64,000 nt of DNA, from contig CAXXNO010000004.1 in the NCBI GenBank assembly GCA_963663235.2, positions 288,001-352,000 on the forward strand. Reading direction: 5' to 3'. The stretch's first letter is position 1; each line of letters begins with the position of its first letter. Positions 17,553 to 27,120 of the stretch are shown here, in pieces. This DNA comes from Dehalococcoidia bacterium. GTDB lineage: Bacteria > Chloroflexota > Dehalococcoidia > Bin125. The position numbers and the translations under genes were made by a program. A model generated the notes under the pieces. That model was not told the DNA's origin and made no database searches. It was given only the letters and a program-made list of their open reading frames with translations.

Positions 17553-18401
17553 CTAGGCGGACGGATTCTCCACAGGCATGCCCACCATGGAGCCCCACTC
17601 CGTCCAGGACCCATCATAGTTGCGGACGTCCTGGTAGCCGAGGAGGTGCCGAAGCACAAACCACGTGTGCGAGGAGCGCTCGCCGATGCGGCAGTAGGCG
17701 ATCACGGGCGCGGAGCCGTCGACGCCCTTGCCGCCGTAGAGCGCGCGGAGGTCATCGGCGGACTTGAAGGTGCCGTCCTCGGCCACCGCCTGGACCCAGG
17801 GGATGCTGGCGGCGCCGGGGATGTGGCCCTTGCGCTGCGCGGTCTCCGCGAGCCCCGGCGGCGCCATGATGACGCCGTTGTACTCGTCCGGGGAGCGCAC
17901 ATCCACCAGGGCGGCGGAGCCGTCCAGGCGGGCGAGCACGTCCGGGGCCTTGGCCCGGATGGACTCGTCCCGGACGCCCACGCTCATGGATCCGGCGGGG
18001 GGGTGAGTCGGCGTGTCCTTGGTCGTGGCGCGGCCCTCGTCCAGCCACTTCTTGCGCCCGCCGTTCATCAGCTTCACGTTGGAGACGCCGTACATCTCCA
18101 GAATCCAGAGCGCGTACGCCGCGAACCAGTTGTTGTTGTCGCCGTAGAGGATCACCGTGGTGCCGGCGTTGACACCAGCGGCGCGCAGGAGCCCCTGCAG
18201 CGTGGCGCCGTCCACGACGTCGCGGCGCACCTGGTCCTGCAACTGGGAGGTCCAGTCCCAAGCGACGGCCCCGGGAAGATGTCCTTCGCCGTAGGCGCTG
18301 GTATCCACGTCCACCTCGATGAAGCGGACGCCGTCGTCGTTCAAGTGCTGCGCCGCCCAGTCGGTGCTTACCAGTTTGTCGGGGTTTGCGTAGTCAGCCA
18401 T
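17553..18401 (-). CDS. Two-domain rhodanese / thiosulfate sulfurtransferase (CysA/SseA-like)
   Basis: GHLPGA, YGDNNNWFA, active-site YCRIGERS and NYDGSWTEWG motifs. Confidence 0.96.
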   Translation of the reverse strand: MADYANPDKLVSTDWAAQHLNDDGVRFIEVDVDTSAYGEGHLPGAVAWDWTSQLQDQVRRDVVDGATLQGLLRAAGVNAGTTVILYGDNNNWFAAYALWILEMYGVSNVKLMNGGRKKWLDEGRATTKDTPTHPPAGSMSVGVRDESIRAKAPDVLARLDGSAALVDVRSPDEYNGVIMAPPGLAETAQRKGHIPGAASIPWVQAVAEDGTFKSADDLRALYGGKGVDGSAPVIAYCRIGERSSHTWFVLRHLLGYQDVRNYDGSWTEWGSMVGMPVENPSA

Positions 18402-18445
18402 TGTCGTTCGTCTCCTTGTCCACTCCTTGGGCCCAGACGAATGTA

Positions 18446-18574
18446 TTAGGACGCGGCTGGGACCTCGCGGAGGCGCCCAGTCGCCACATCGTAGACGAAG
18501 CCACGCACGCGCTCCTTGTGAGGAATGAAGGGGTTGGCCTTGATTGGAGCGATCGACCGGCGCACGTCCTGAAC
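18446..18574 (-). pseudogene. C-terminal remnant of a beta-carbonic anhydrase
   Basis: VQDVRRSIAPIKANPFIPHKERVRGFVYDVATGRLREV resembles a beta-CA C-terminus; the Zn-ligand N-terminal part is missing. Confidence 0.7.
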
Positions 18575-18745
18575 CGCCAATGGAGAGATTGTTCGCGGGC
18601 GAACGTAGAAGACGCTCATGCTCGGCCTGGGCGGACTTGCGGGCATTTTGACTGCGCGAGCGTGCCAGTCGTCGCGCAACGGGTCAGCCAACCGTTCGAC
18701 GACCGGGATCTGTAGTGCGGACGCCAAGCGCCGGTGCTGCCCAGC

Positions 18746-19702
18746 CTACCACCAGATCTTGCCTTCGATCGTTTCGTCGCCCCGGAGCTCCTCGTAGTCG
18801 CGTTCCCAGAGGCGGGTGGAGAGGTACTTCCAGCCGCCGTCGGCCAGCACGACCGCGATGTCGCCGCCATCCAGTCGCTCGGCGACGCGCTGCGCGGTCC
18901 GCAGGGCCGCGCCGGAGGAGATGCCGGCGAAGATCCCTTCGTTGTCCATCAGCGCCTTGGTCACGGCAAACGACGTGCGGCTATCGACCATCATGCGGGC
19001 GTCCAGGATCGACTCATCCAGCACCGGCGGGATGTAGCCCTCCTCCAGGCTGCGCAGCCCCTGCACTAGATCGCCCGGGTGGGGCACGGAAGCGATCACG
19101 CGCACCTCCGGCTTGTGCTCCTTCAAGCAGCGCCCGGCGCCGGTGAGGGTGCCGCCGGTCCCCAGGCCGGCGACGAAGTGGGTCACCTCCGGCAAGGCGC
19201 GCAGGATCTCGGGACCGGTGGTGTCGTAGTGCGCCTGGGGATTGGCCGAGTTCCCGTACTGGAAGGGCATGTAGAGCGACGGATCCTGCGCGGCCAGGTC
19301 CTCCGCCATCCGCACCGACCCGTTGGTCCCCAGGTCACCGGGCGAGAGGATCACCTCCGCCCCGTAGAACTTCAGGAGGTCGCGCCGCTCCGCGCTGACG
19401 CTCTCCGGCATGACGCAGCGCACGGGATGCCCGTAGATGCGCCCGATGAGCGCCAGCGCGACGCCGGTGTTGCCGCTGGTCGGCTCCAGGATGGTCTGGC
19501 CCGGCCGGAGCGAGCCATCGGCGCGGGCGGCATCGATCATGGCCTTGGCGATGCGGTCCTTCACCGAGCCGGAGGGATTCTGGCCCTCCAGCTTGGCCCA
19601 GATGCGGACGTCCGCCTTGGGCGACATGCGCTGCAAGCGCACCAAGGGCGTATCGCCGATCAGGCCGAGCACCGAATCGTAGCGATGGGCTTGCGGTGAC
19701 AT
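18746..19702 (-). CDS. cysM: PLP-dependent cysteine synthase (CysM-type, probably CysO-thiocarboxylate dependent)
   Basis: IGDTPLV, NPSGSVKDR, EPTSGNTG, GLGTGGT and DGGWKYLST motifs; ends in KIWW like actinobacterial CysM. Confidence 0.9.
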   Translation of the reverse strand: MSPQAHRYDSVLGLIGDTPLVRLQRMSPKADVRIWAKLEGQNPSGSVKDRIAKAMIDAARADGSLRPGQTILEPTSGNTGVALALIGRIYGHPVRCVMPESVSAERRDLLKFYGAEVILSPGDLGTNGSVRMAEDLAAQDPSLYMPFQYGNSANPQAHYDTTGPEILRALPEVTHFVAGLGTGGTLTGAGRCLKEHKPEVRVIASVPHPGDLVQGLRSLEEGYIPPVLDESILDARMMVDSRTSFAVTKALMDNEGIFAGISSGAALRTAQRVAERLDGGDIAVVLADGGWKYLSTRLWERDYEELRGDETIEGKIWW

Positions 19703-19710
19703 GGCGCGCC

Positions 19711-19983
19711 TTAGCCGCCGGCCAGGGCCGGGAGGATGGCTATGGTGTCGCCGTCTTTGAGGGGCGTCTTGAGCTGCTGCAGGAAGCGGACGTCTTCGTC
19801 GTTGAGGAAGATGTTGACGAAGCGGCGCAGTTCGCCGTTCTCCACCAACTGATCGCGGAAGCCGGAGTAGTCTCCGTCGATCGCGTCCAGCAACTCGTCC
19901 ACCGTGGCGCCTTCGTACTGGAGCCGCCTCTGGCCGCCGGTGAGCTTCTGCAAGACCGAGGGGATGCGGACCTCCACGGGCAT
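19711..19983 (-). CDS. Ubiquitin-like sulfur carrier (CysO/MoaD/ThiS family)
   Basis: 90-aa beta-grasp sequence ending in LPALAGG. Confidence 0.93.
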   Translation of the reverse strand: MPVEVRIPSVLQKLTGGQRRLQYEGATVDELLDAIDGDYSGFRDQLVENGELRRFVNIFLNDEDVRFLQQLKTPLKDGDTIAILPALAGG

Positions 19984-19996
19984 GCGATCCTCCCGG

Positions 19997-21097
19997 CTAG
20001 GCCGGCGCCGCCACGGCGCCCTCGTGGAAGGGCGAGCCGCAGAAGGCTTCGTAGTCGATGAGCTCGGTCACCGTCGGGTTGTCGCCGCAGATGGGGCAGT
20101 CGGGGTCGCGACGGATGTTGACGGTGCGGAACTCCATGACCAGGGCGTCGTAGAGCAAGAGGCGGTTCTGCAAGGGCTCGCCGACGCCCAAGATCAGCTT
20201 GATCGCCTCCGTGGCCTGGACGGTGCCGATGGTGCCGGGCAAGACGCCCAGCACGCCGGCCTCGGCGCAGGACGGCACCATGCCCGGCGGCGGCGGGCTG
20301 GGGTAGAGGCAGCGGTAGCACCCTTCCCCGGGGATGAAGGTGGTGACCTGCCCCTCGAAGAGGAAGATGCTGCCGTCCACCAACGGCTTGCGCGCGAAAT
20401 AGGCGGCGTCGTTCACCAAGTAGCGGGTGGCGAAGTTATCCGCGCCGTTGATGATGATGTCGTAGTTGGGGATCACCGCCATGGCGTTCTCGGAGGTGAG
20501 CGGGGCCTGGTGCTTGATCACCGTCACGTTGGGGTTCAGATCAGCGATGTGATCGGCGGCTGAATCAACCTTGGGACGCCCGATGTCGCGAGTGCTGTGC
20601 ACGATCTGGCGTTGGAGATTGCTGAGGTCGACGGTGTCGAAATCGACGATGCCGATGGTGCCCACGCCCGCGGCGGCCAGGTAGACGAGCACGGGCGAGC
20701 CGAGCCCCCCCGCGCCGATGGCCAGCACCTTGGCGCCCTTCAGCTTGCGCTGCCCGAGGGGGCCGACCTGGTCCATGATCAGATGGCGGCTGTAGCGATC
20801 GACCTCATCCGGCGTCATCACCGAGCCGCCGGCGATGACCGGGATCAGGGAGAGTTCGTCCCCGTCCTGCACGGGCGTCTCGGCCCCGTTCAGGGCCGAG
20901 ATCTCCTGAGCGTTGACGTAGACGTTGATGCCCTCGGGGATATTGTGATCCGCGTCAAACAGCATCTCCCCAAGGTTGGGGAACTGGTGTTGCAGATCCC
21001 GGAAGACGCCGACCACGTCGGCGCCGTCCGCATCAACGAAGGCCCGGCTGTCCGTGAGGCTCCGGAACGACGTGGGAATATATACCTTCACCGCCAT
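19997..21097 (-). CDS. Ubl-domain::MoeB/ThiF (E1-like adenylyltransferase) fusion
   Basis: N-terminal MoaD-like domain ending IPVIAGG, then RYSRH, GAGGLGS, SNLQRQ, CYRC, PSCAEAGV and CPIC. No C-terminal rhodanese domain. Confidence 0.93.
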   Translation of the reverse strand: MAVKVYIPTSFRSLTDSRAFVDADGADVVGVFRDLQHQFPNLGEMLFDADHNIPEGINVYVNAQEISALNGAETPVQDGDELSLIPVIAGGSVMTPDEVDRYSRHLIMDQVGPLGQRKLKGAKVLAIGAGGLGSPVLVYLAAAGVGTIGIVDFDTVDLSNLQRQIVHSTRDIGRPKVDSAADHIADLNPNVTVIKHQAPLTSENAMAVIPNYDIIINGADNFATRYLVNDAAYFARKPLVDGSIFLFEGQVTTFIPGEGCYRCLYPSPPPPGMVPSCAEAGVLGVLPGTIGTVQATEAIKLILGVGEPLQNRLLLYDALVMEFRTVNIRRDPDCPICGDNPTVTELIDYEAFCGSPFHEGAVAAPA

Positions 21098-21558
21098 GCC
21101 ACTGCTCCCTCCCGACCACGCGGCATCCCTACAGGCGGCCGCGTGTCGCGTCGCCGGTCCGCCGCCGCCGATCCCTCCGCCGCCAGGTCCGCGATGGTCC
21201 GGGCGCCCAGCACGTCCAGGATGGCGGCGCGGACCTCGTCCCATATGGCGCGCTGACCGCAATGCGGCGGCCGTGCGCGGTCATCGTCCGGGCAGATTGA
21301 ACCCTCCAGGCTGAGGACCACGTCGTCAAGCCGGATCGCGTCGGCGGCGCGGGCCAGTTCGTGGCCGCCCTGCGCCCCCCGCACCGATCGCACGAAGCCC
21401 GCGGCCCCCAGGAGGCCCAAGATCTGCCCGACCAACGACTCCGGGATTCGCTGGCGGGCGGAGATCTCGGCGCTGGGGATCGGGCCGCGGCCGTCGTGCT
21501 GGGCCAGGTCCACGAGGGCGCGGATGCCGTAGTCGGCCTTGGAGGAGAGCTTGAACAT
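21088..21558 (-). CDS. Rrf2-family transcriptional regulator (CymR/IscR-like)
   Basis: MFKLSSKADYGIRAL and SVRGAQGGHEL motifs. Confidence 0.9.
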   Translation of the reverse strand: MFKLSSKADYGIRALVDLAQHDGRGPIPSAEISARQRIPESLVGQILGLLGAAGFVRSVRGAQGGHELARAADAIRLDDVVLSLEGSICPDDDRARPPHCGQRAIWDEVRAAILDVLGARTIADLAAEGSAAADRRRDTRPPVGMPRGREGAVAWR

Positions 21559-21807
21559 CGGAGTCCTTGCCGGGGCCTGCCCGCCGCGCAGATGCGCGAT
21601 TGAATGTGGACCAGAATGGTAGCATTTCGGGCCCGCGCCTCGACAGCGGGGGACGGCCCGGACTGACAAGCGCGGCACACTGGCATCAGCGCTCGCGGCG
21701 CGCGCATGTGGGGGCGCCGCAGGGCGGACCGCGGCCCTCCCCGCATGGAGAGCGCCCCCCGGTCCGGCCTACGGTGGATGGGAGGCCGGACGCCGGTCCT
21801 CGACGCC

Positions 21808-22597
21808 ATGGAACTAACGCCACTCCACGAGCCAAGCTCAACGTCGGCAGCCGCCCCAGGTGGGAGCGGCGCGATCTCGCAAGATTCCGCGCAGCAGTTC
21901 GTGACCCTCTTGCGTGCGCAAATGGACGGCATGATGGCCGCCGCCGCGTTCGGCGGCCTGGGCGGGAGCGGCCAGGGTGGCGGCGGCATGGGGCTGTTTG
22001 GCGGCGGCGGCATGGGGATGTTTCGGCGGCGGCAGCGCGGGGCTGGGTGGCGGCGGCGGCATGGACAGCCTGCTGCTGATGCAGACGCTGGCGCCGCTGA
22101 CCGAGGCCCTCACGCGGATCGTCGATCGTCTGGACGCGATGGGGGGTGGCGGATGGGGCGGCGCGTCCGGCCCGGTGAGCCCGATTGCCACGCCGGGATA
22201 GCTGCCATACCGCGATCTGATCGAACGGCTGGGGCAGCTGTATAACGTCCCGGCCGCCTTCCTGGGCGCGGTCATGATGGCCGAGAGCGGCGGCAATGCG
22301 GCCGCCGTGGGCGACGAGGGGCACTCCGTGGGCCTCTTCCAGCTGCACGACGCCGGCATGGGACGAGGCCTGGGCGATCTGCGGCTGGACCCGGAACTCA
22401 GCGCGGCGATTGGGGCGCGGGGGCTGGCCGCGGGCTGGCACGAGGGGCTGCGGCGCGGACTGACGGGCGAGGAGCTGGCGCGCTTCGCCTACGACTACCG
22501 CTTCAATCCCGGCGGCGGGGACGGCTACCAGAGCGACTCCGTGATGTCCCACTTCCGCTTCTACGAGAACCTGGCCGAGCGCGACACGATAGCCTAG
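21808..22597 (+). pseudogene. Lytic transglycosylase (SLT) domain protein with Gly-rich N-terminus, interrupted
   Basis: AVMMAESGGN and SVGLFQL SLT motifs; frameshift near 22021 and in-frame TAG at 22199-22201. Confidence 0.7.
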
Positions 22598-22881
22598 CGG
22601 CGGCGGTCCGGCGACGCGGGGGTCCCGCTCAAGGCGCGGGCCATTGCGGTGCGGAGCCCGCCCTCGTCGATCGGGGCCTGCGCGACCTCGTGATCTCCCA
22701 GCGCGATGACCGGAACGCGAGCGCCGAAGCGCGACGCCAAGGCCGGGTCCGCATCGACGTCGACGGCCTGCCAGCGGAAGGCGAAGTCCGCGGCCAGCCG
22801 GTCGAGCATGCCGGCGGCCTCCTCGCAGAGGTGTCAGTCGTGGCGGGTGTAGAGCGTGACCGGCGGCTGATCGGGCGGCAT
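22594..22881 (-). CDS. Glutaredoxin-like (DUF836-type) candidate selenoprotein, UxxC
   Basis: MPPDQPPVTLYTRHD-U(TGA 22836-22834)-HLCEEAAGML...VDVDADPALASRFGARVPVI; hairpin starts 14 nt after the TGA. Confidence 0.82.
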
Positions 22882-22889
22882 GGGATCCG

Positions 22890-23894
22890 TCAGCGGCGGC
22901 GCTTGCGACGGACGCGCACGCGCTTGGGGGGGCCGGCGCTCAGCCCAGGCAACCGGGCGGCGCGCGCCGCGGGCGTCGGCGGTTGGGCGGGCGGCTTCGT
23001 CATCTCGGCGACCTTGGCGATGCGCTGCTGGGGATGCCGGAAGAGGTACCAGGCCATCCAGGCCGCCGCGGCGCCGGTGAGGATGGCGAGCAACTGGGGC
23101 ACCGAGAGCGCGCCGCCGATGGTCTGCTCATCCGTGCGCAGGAGGGCCAGGAGGCCGCGCACGGCACCGTAGGCGACGACGTAAAACAGGAAGCTCCAGC
23201 CGGGCAGCACGCGCGTGCGCCGCAGGTACAGCAAGACGCCGAGGATCATGAGATCGAGGATCGGCTCATAGCCGCCGGCCACGGGATGGACAGGGACGGG
23301 GGCCTCGGCGAGGGCACCGGTCTGGCCCCGGTCCCATGTGTTGGAGGCGGGGACGATCCCGTCGGCGATGGAGGCCCAGGGGCCTTCCGTCTGCGGATGG
23401 GTATAGCGGAAGGCCCAGGGCAACCCGCTGGCCTCGGCGAAGTGCTCGCCGTTCATCAGATCGCCGAAGCGCCCGACCGCCTGACCCAGGATCATCCCCG
23501 GGGCGGCGATGTCCAGGGCCATGAACTTGGGGAACTGCCGACGGAAGAGGAGGATGTAGATCATCCCGCCGACCACGCCGGCGATCATCGCGCCGTAGAC
23601 GGAGATGCCGCCGTCCGTCACGCGGAAGATGTCGCCCAAGCTATCGATCCGGTCGGTGTGCTCCAGGACCCACAGGGCCCGCGCGCCGACGATCCCGGAC
23701 GGGACCGCCACGAGCGCGACGTTGAACACATCGTCCTCGGTGAAGCCCTTGCCGCGCGCCAGCCGAAACGAGAGCCAGACGCCGAGCGCGATGCCGACGG
23801 CCGTGAAGAGGCCGTGCCAGGTCACCGAGAAACCGCCCCGGGTGATGTTGGGGTCGATGTTGATGTCGATCGCGGCGACGAGGTCGAGGATCAT
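22890..23894 (-). CDS. lgt: Prolipoprotein diacylglyceryl transferase
   Basis: VGARALWV, GGISVYG, GQAVGRFGDLMNGE and HP..YE motifs. Confidence 0.9.
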   Translation of the reverse strand: MILDLVAAIDINIDPNITRGGFSVTWHGLFTAVGIALGVWLSFRLARGKGFTEDDVFNVALVAVPSGIVGARALWVLEHTDRIDSLGDIFRVTDGGISVYGAMIAGVVGGMIYILLFRRQFPKFMALDIAAPGMILGQAVGRFGDLMNGEHFAEASGLPWAFRYTHPQTEGPWASIADGIVPASNTWDRGQTGALAEAPVPVHPVAGGYEPILDLMILGVLLYLRRTRVLPGWSFLFYVVAYGAVRGLLALLRTDEQTIGGALSVPQLLAILTGAAAAWMAWYLFRHPQQRIAKVAEMTKPPAQPPTPAARAARLPGLSAGPPKRVRVRRKRRR

Positions 23895-26044
23895 TCCTCG
23901 CTCCAGCCGTCGTCGACGTCCTCGACATCGCGCGCGCCGGCTTCTCGCGCGTAGCGGGCCAACTCGCGCCGCAGGTTGACGGTGTGGCCGGCGAGGCCGG
24001 CCAGGTAGGTGCGCTCCGGCGTGATCCGGGCCCAGACGCGGCGCCGGGGCACGAAGAAGGTAATCGACAGGCCAACGATGCCCAGGACGATGGCGACCCA
24101 GAAGATGTTCGCGCCGGGGTCGCGGCGAACGGTCAGGCCGGTGAACTCGCGCGAGCCCAGGAACGTGTACTCGTGGTCGCCGAGCGTCACGGACTCCCCT
24201 TCGTCAAGGTCGATGCGGGGCAGCCCCCCGCCGAGGCCGAGGCCGAGGCGGGCGGGGCGCGCGGCATCGCTGCCGGTGCTGCCGGCGGTCGTGTCGGCGC
24301 GCGCGAGCTCCACGTTGTCCCCCTTGCGCGCGTCGAAGGTCTCGGCCGTGCGGCCCTGACCAAAGCGCTCCAGAAGGACGAGGGCCTCGCCCTCGGCGCC
24401 CGGGATCTTCGGCTCGATGCGGTAGTACACCGGCTCCGCGCCGAGGTAGGTCAACCTGACCGGCCCGATGCGCTGGCTTGCCCCCGGCTCCAGCGCGCCC
24501 CGGAGCGACCGGTCCGGCTCCGCCCCCACGTATTCCAGGATGACCGCGTCCAGCGTTACGCGGCCGCCCGGTTGCAGCAATCCCCGCTGCGATTCGTCCG
24601 CGGCGTTGAAGTAAAAGAACTGGCGCCCGCTGCGCGTATCGTCGAAGCCGACGGCCAGCGTTTCGCCCTGGGCGAGCGGGATGAAGCCAAGCCGCGCCTG
24701 CGCGCGCTCGTCGAGCGAATCCTCGCTCAGGGTGATCACATCGTCGGCGAGGAGGGCGCCGCCGGCGGCGGCGTAGAGCCGGACGCGAGGCGCGGGGGGC
24801 GGCGGGTCATTGAGCCGCAGGGCGGCGGCGGCGAGCGGGGGCGCGACGGCCGCGTCATCGGCCGGGAGCGGGAGCACGCTGTAGGAGAATTGCAGCTCCC
24901 CGGCGGGATCCGTCGCCAGGATCAGCGCCAGGCTGCGGTCGGAGCCGAGCGGGATCAGCTGATAGCCGCTGTCCGGAACGTCCGCGATCCCCTGCAAGAG
25001 TTGGATCACCTCCTCCGCGACGAGCGCGCCCGTCTGCGTGTTGGTGATACGGACGCGCGGACCGACGAACTGCTCGTCGAGCATGAGGGTCTCGGAGTAG
25101 AGCAGTTGCCCGCTGCCGGCGTCGCGGACCTGCAAGGCGGCGCCGTGTTCCCAGTAGGCCGCCTGGTGCACGCGATACCCCGCCGCGCTCAGGGGCCCGT
25201 TCACGGTGACATCGCCGACGACGAGCTCCTCGCCGGCGCGGGTCACGCGCACGCGACTGCGGAAGTCCAGCGCTCGCCCTTCGTCGTCGAAGCGGGCGAC
25301 GGCGTCGTCCACGATGACTTGGATCTGTTGCCGGTCGCCGGCGGTGGCGAAGAGCGGGTGGCTCTGGCCCTCGCCCACCCAGAACTGGAACTCCTCGCCC
25401 CCGAACTTGGTCAGCAACGTTCCCAGCACCAACACCAGCAGCGCCAGGTGCGACGCGAAGGTGGCGAACTGCGCCCAGGCGAAGCGGTCGGCGAAGAGGT
25501 AGCGGCCTCCCTCCCCGTCCTCGCCGCGGACGGAGAAGTGGTGGCGGCGCAGCACGGCTTCCAGCGCGCCGGCGTTCGCGGGCGTGGCGAAATCGAAGCG
25601 GTGGCGGGCGCGCTCGAAGTAGGCGTCGTTGACGCGGCGCTGCGGGCGGCGCGCGAAGCGATAGATGGGCGGGAAGCGGCTGACGGTGCAGACCGTGATA
25701 GACAGGGCCACCAGCGCCACCAAGGCATACCAGTACGGCTGGCTGAACAGATTGAAGAATCCGCCGTGGGTGTCATAGAACCAAGGGAACTCGGCGAGGA
25801 CGTCGGTGAAGGGGCCCCAGGTGCCGCGCTGGTCGTCGATGAACTGGCCGACGGCCGTCTGCTCGCCGGCCAACTGCGGCGGCACCTGGGGGATGATCAC
25901 GGCGGCGAGCGAGAACAAGGCCACGACGGCGATCAACCCGATGGCGAAGCGCACCGAGGTCAGTTTGCGCCAAACCCAGTAGACAGGGTCCGGTAGCTCC
26001 GTCGCGCGTGGCCCTCGCTGCGCCGGGCGTTCCGCAGTCGTCAT
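23891..26044 (-). CDS. resB: Cytochrome c biogenesis protein ResB/CcsB, with expanded external domain
   Basis: LTSVRFAI, IPQ, SHLALL, VNGPL..GY and TGLTVRRDPG..W motifs; C-terminal RRRVW. Confidence 0.85.
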   Translation of the reverse strand: MTTAERPAQRGPRATELPDPVYWVWRKLTSVRFAIGLIAVVALFSLAAVIIPQVPPQLAGEQTAVGQFIDDQRGTWGPFTDVLAEFPWFYDTHGGFFNLFSQPYWYALVALVALSITVCTVSRFPPIYRFARRPQRRVNDAYFERARHRFDFATPANAGALEAVLRRHHFSVRGEDGEGGRYLFADRFAWAQFATFASHLALLVLVLGTLLTKFGGEEFQFWVGEGQSHPLFATAGDRQQIQVIVDDAVARFDDEGRALDFRSRVRVTRAGEELVVGDVTVNGPLSAAGYRVHQAAYWEHGAALQVRDAGSGQLLYSETLMLDEQFVGPRVRITNTQTGALVAEEVIQLLQGIADVPDSGYQLIPLGSDRSLALILATDPAGELQFSYSVLPLPADDAAVAPPLAAAALRLNDPPPPAPRVRLYAAAGGALLADDVITLSEDSLDERAQARLGFIPLAQGETLAVGFDDTRSGRQFFYFNAADESQRGLLQPGGRVTLDAVILEYVGAEPDRSLRGALEPGASQRIGPVRLTYLGAEPVYYRIEPKIPGAEGEALVLLERFGQGRTAETFDARKGDNVELARADTTAGSTGSDAARPARLGLGLGGGLPRIDLDEGESVTLGDHEYTFLGSREFTGLTVRRDPGANIFWVAIVLGIVGLSITFFVPRRRVWARITPERTYLAGLAGHTVNLRRELARYAREAGARDVEDVDDGWSEE

Positions 26045-26194
26045 CGTCGTCAGTCCAGCGCCCGCGTCCGCTTCGCGCCCCGGGGCCGATCCACGGTACG
26101 CGCGGGGCCGTGCCGGACGCACCCAGGCGCGGCCAGGGCTCAGCGTACCCGCTCACACGGGCTCGCGTCGGCTACGGAGCCGGCGGCACGACGA

Positions 26195-27120
26195 TCACGG
26201 AGCCGGCTCGGCGAGGCCGAAGGCCTCCAGATAGAGCCGACGGGCGTCGAACGGATCGAGGCCGTCGCCCAGGAACGCGTCACCCACGCGGATCTCGAAG
26301 TGCAGGTGGTACTCCGAGCCCGGATCCGACACGCTCGCCGGCGTACCGGACTCGCCGATGAAGGCGACGATCTGCCCGACGTCGACCGGCTGCCCCACCT
26401 CGATCCCCTCGCAGCGATCGCGCTGAGATGCGCGAAGCGAGTCATCACCCCGCCGCCGTGGTCGATCCAGACCTGCCGGCCGCGAAAGAGATCCAGCCAC
26501 TCCGCACCCTGAAAGCCGGCGGCCTCCGCCGCGGCGAATTGGTCGGCGGTGAGGTTTTGATAGCCATAGTCGGCGCGGACCACGACGCCTCCCTTGGCGG
26601 CGAGCACGGCCGTACCGAACGAGGCCGGTGCGCAACTGGCCCACTCGTAGAAGTCGAGCCCTTCGTGCGTGCCGTTGCGGTAGGCGCGTTCGGCGCCCGG
26701 GAGGTGTCCCTCGAACTCGGAGATGCAGACGTCCACCAGCGGGAGGGCGAAGCCGGTCAGCACCGGCGCGACGGCGACCGGCTCGACAGCGATGGGCTCG
26801 ACAGGGGCGGGCTCGCTGGGGATGGGGGCCTCCGGCACGTCCGGCGACGGGCTCTGGGCGGCCGGCTCAGCCTCGGCCGCCGGTAGTGGCGGGTCCGTGC
26901 CGGGTAACTCGGGGGACGCCGCCGTTGTGGCCGGCGCGGGGGAGGGGGCGGCGCCCTCGGCGCCGTCGTCATCGCCGCCCCGGAGGCCGAAGGCTAGGCC
27001 GACCGCGAGCGCGAAGGTCGCGGCCGCCAGGCCGATCCAGAGGAGCGGGGAGCCGGGCAGCCACGTCACAGACGACGGCGGGGCCGCGATGGGGGGATCG
27101 ATCTTGGGCGGCTCCGGCAC
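26195..27120 (-). CDS. M23-family metallopeptidase, membrane anchored (frameshift near 26410)
   Basis: HEGLDF and RFAHL in one frame; IGESG and YHLHFEIRVG in another frame. Confidence 0.8.

Noticed and set aside
16601-21097. Ubiquitin-like anti-phage system (Bil or CBASS type E1/E2/JAB)
   Set aside because: No E2 or CD-NTase is present, and CysM, rhodanese and Rrf2 neighbours point to sulfur metabolism.
22199-22201. Pyrrolysine or genome-wide TAG recoding
   Set aside because: TAG ends many clear genes in this window, this is a single case in an already frameshifted gene, and no pyl context is visible.
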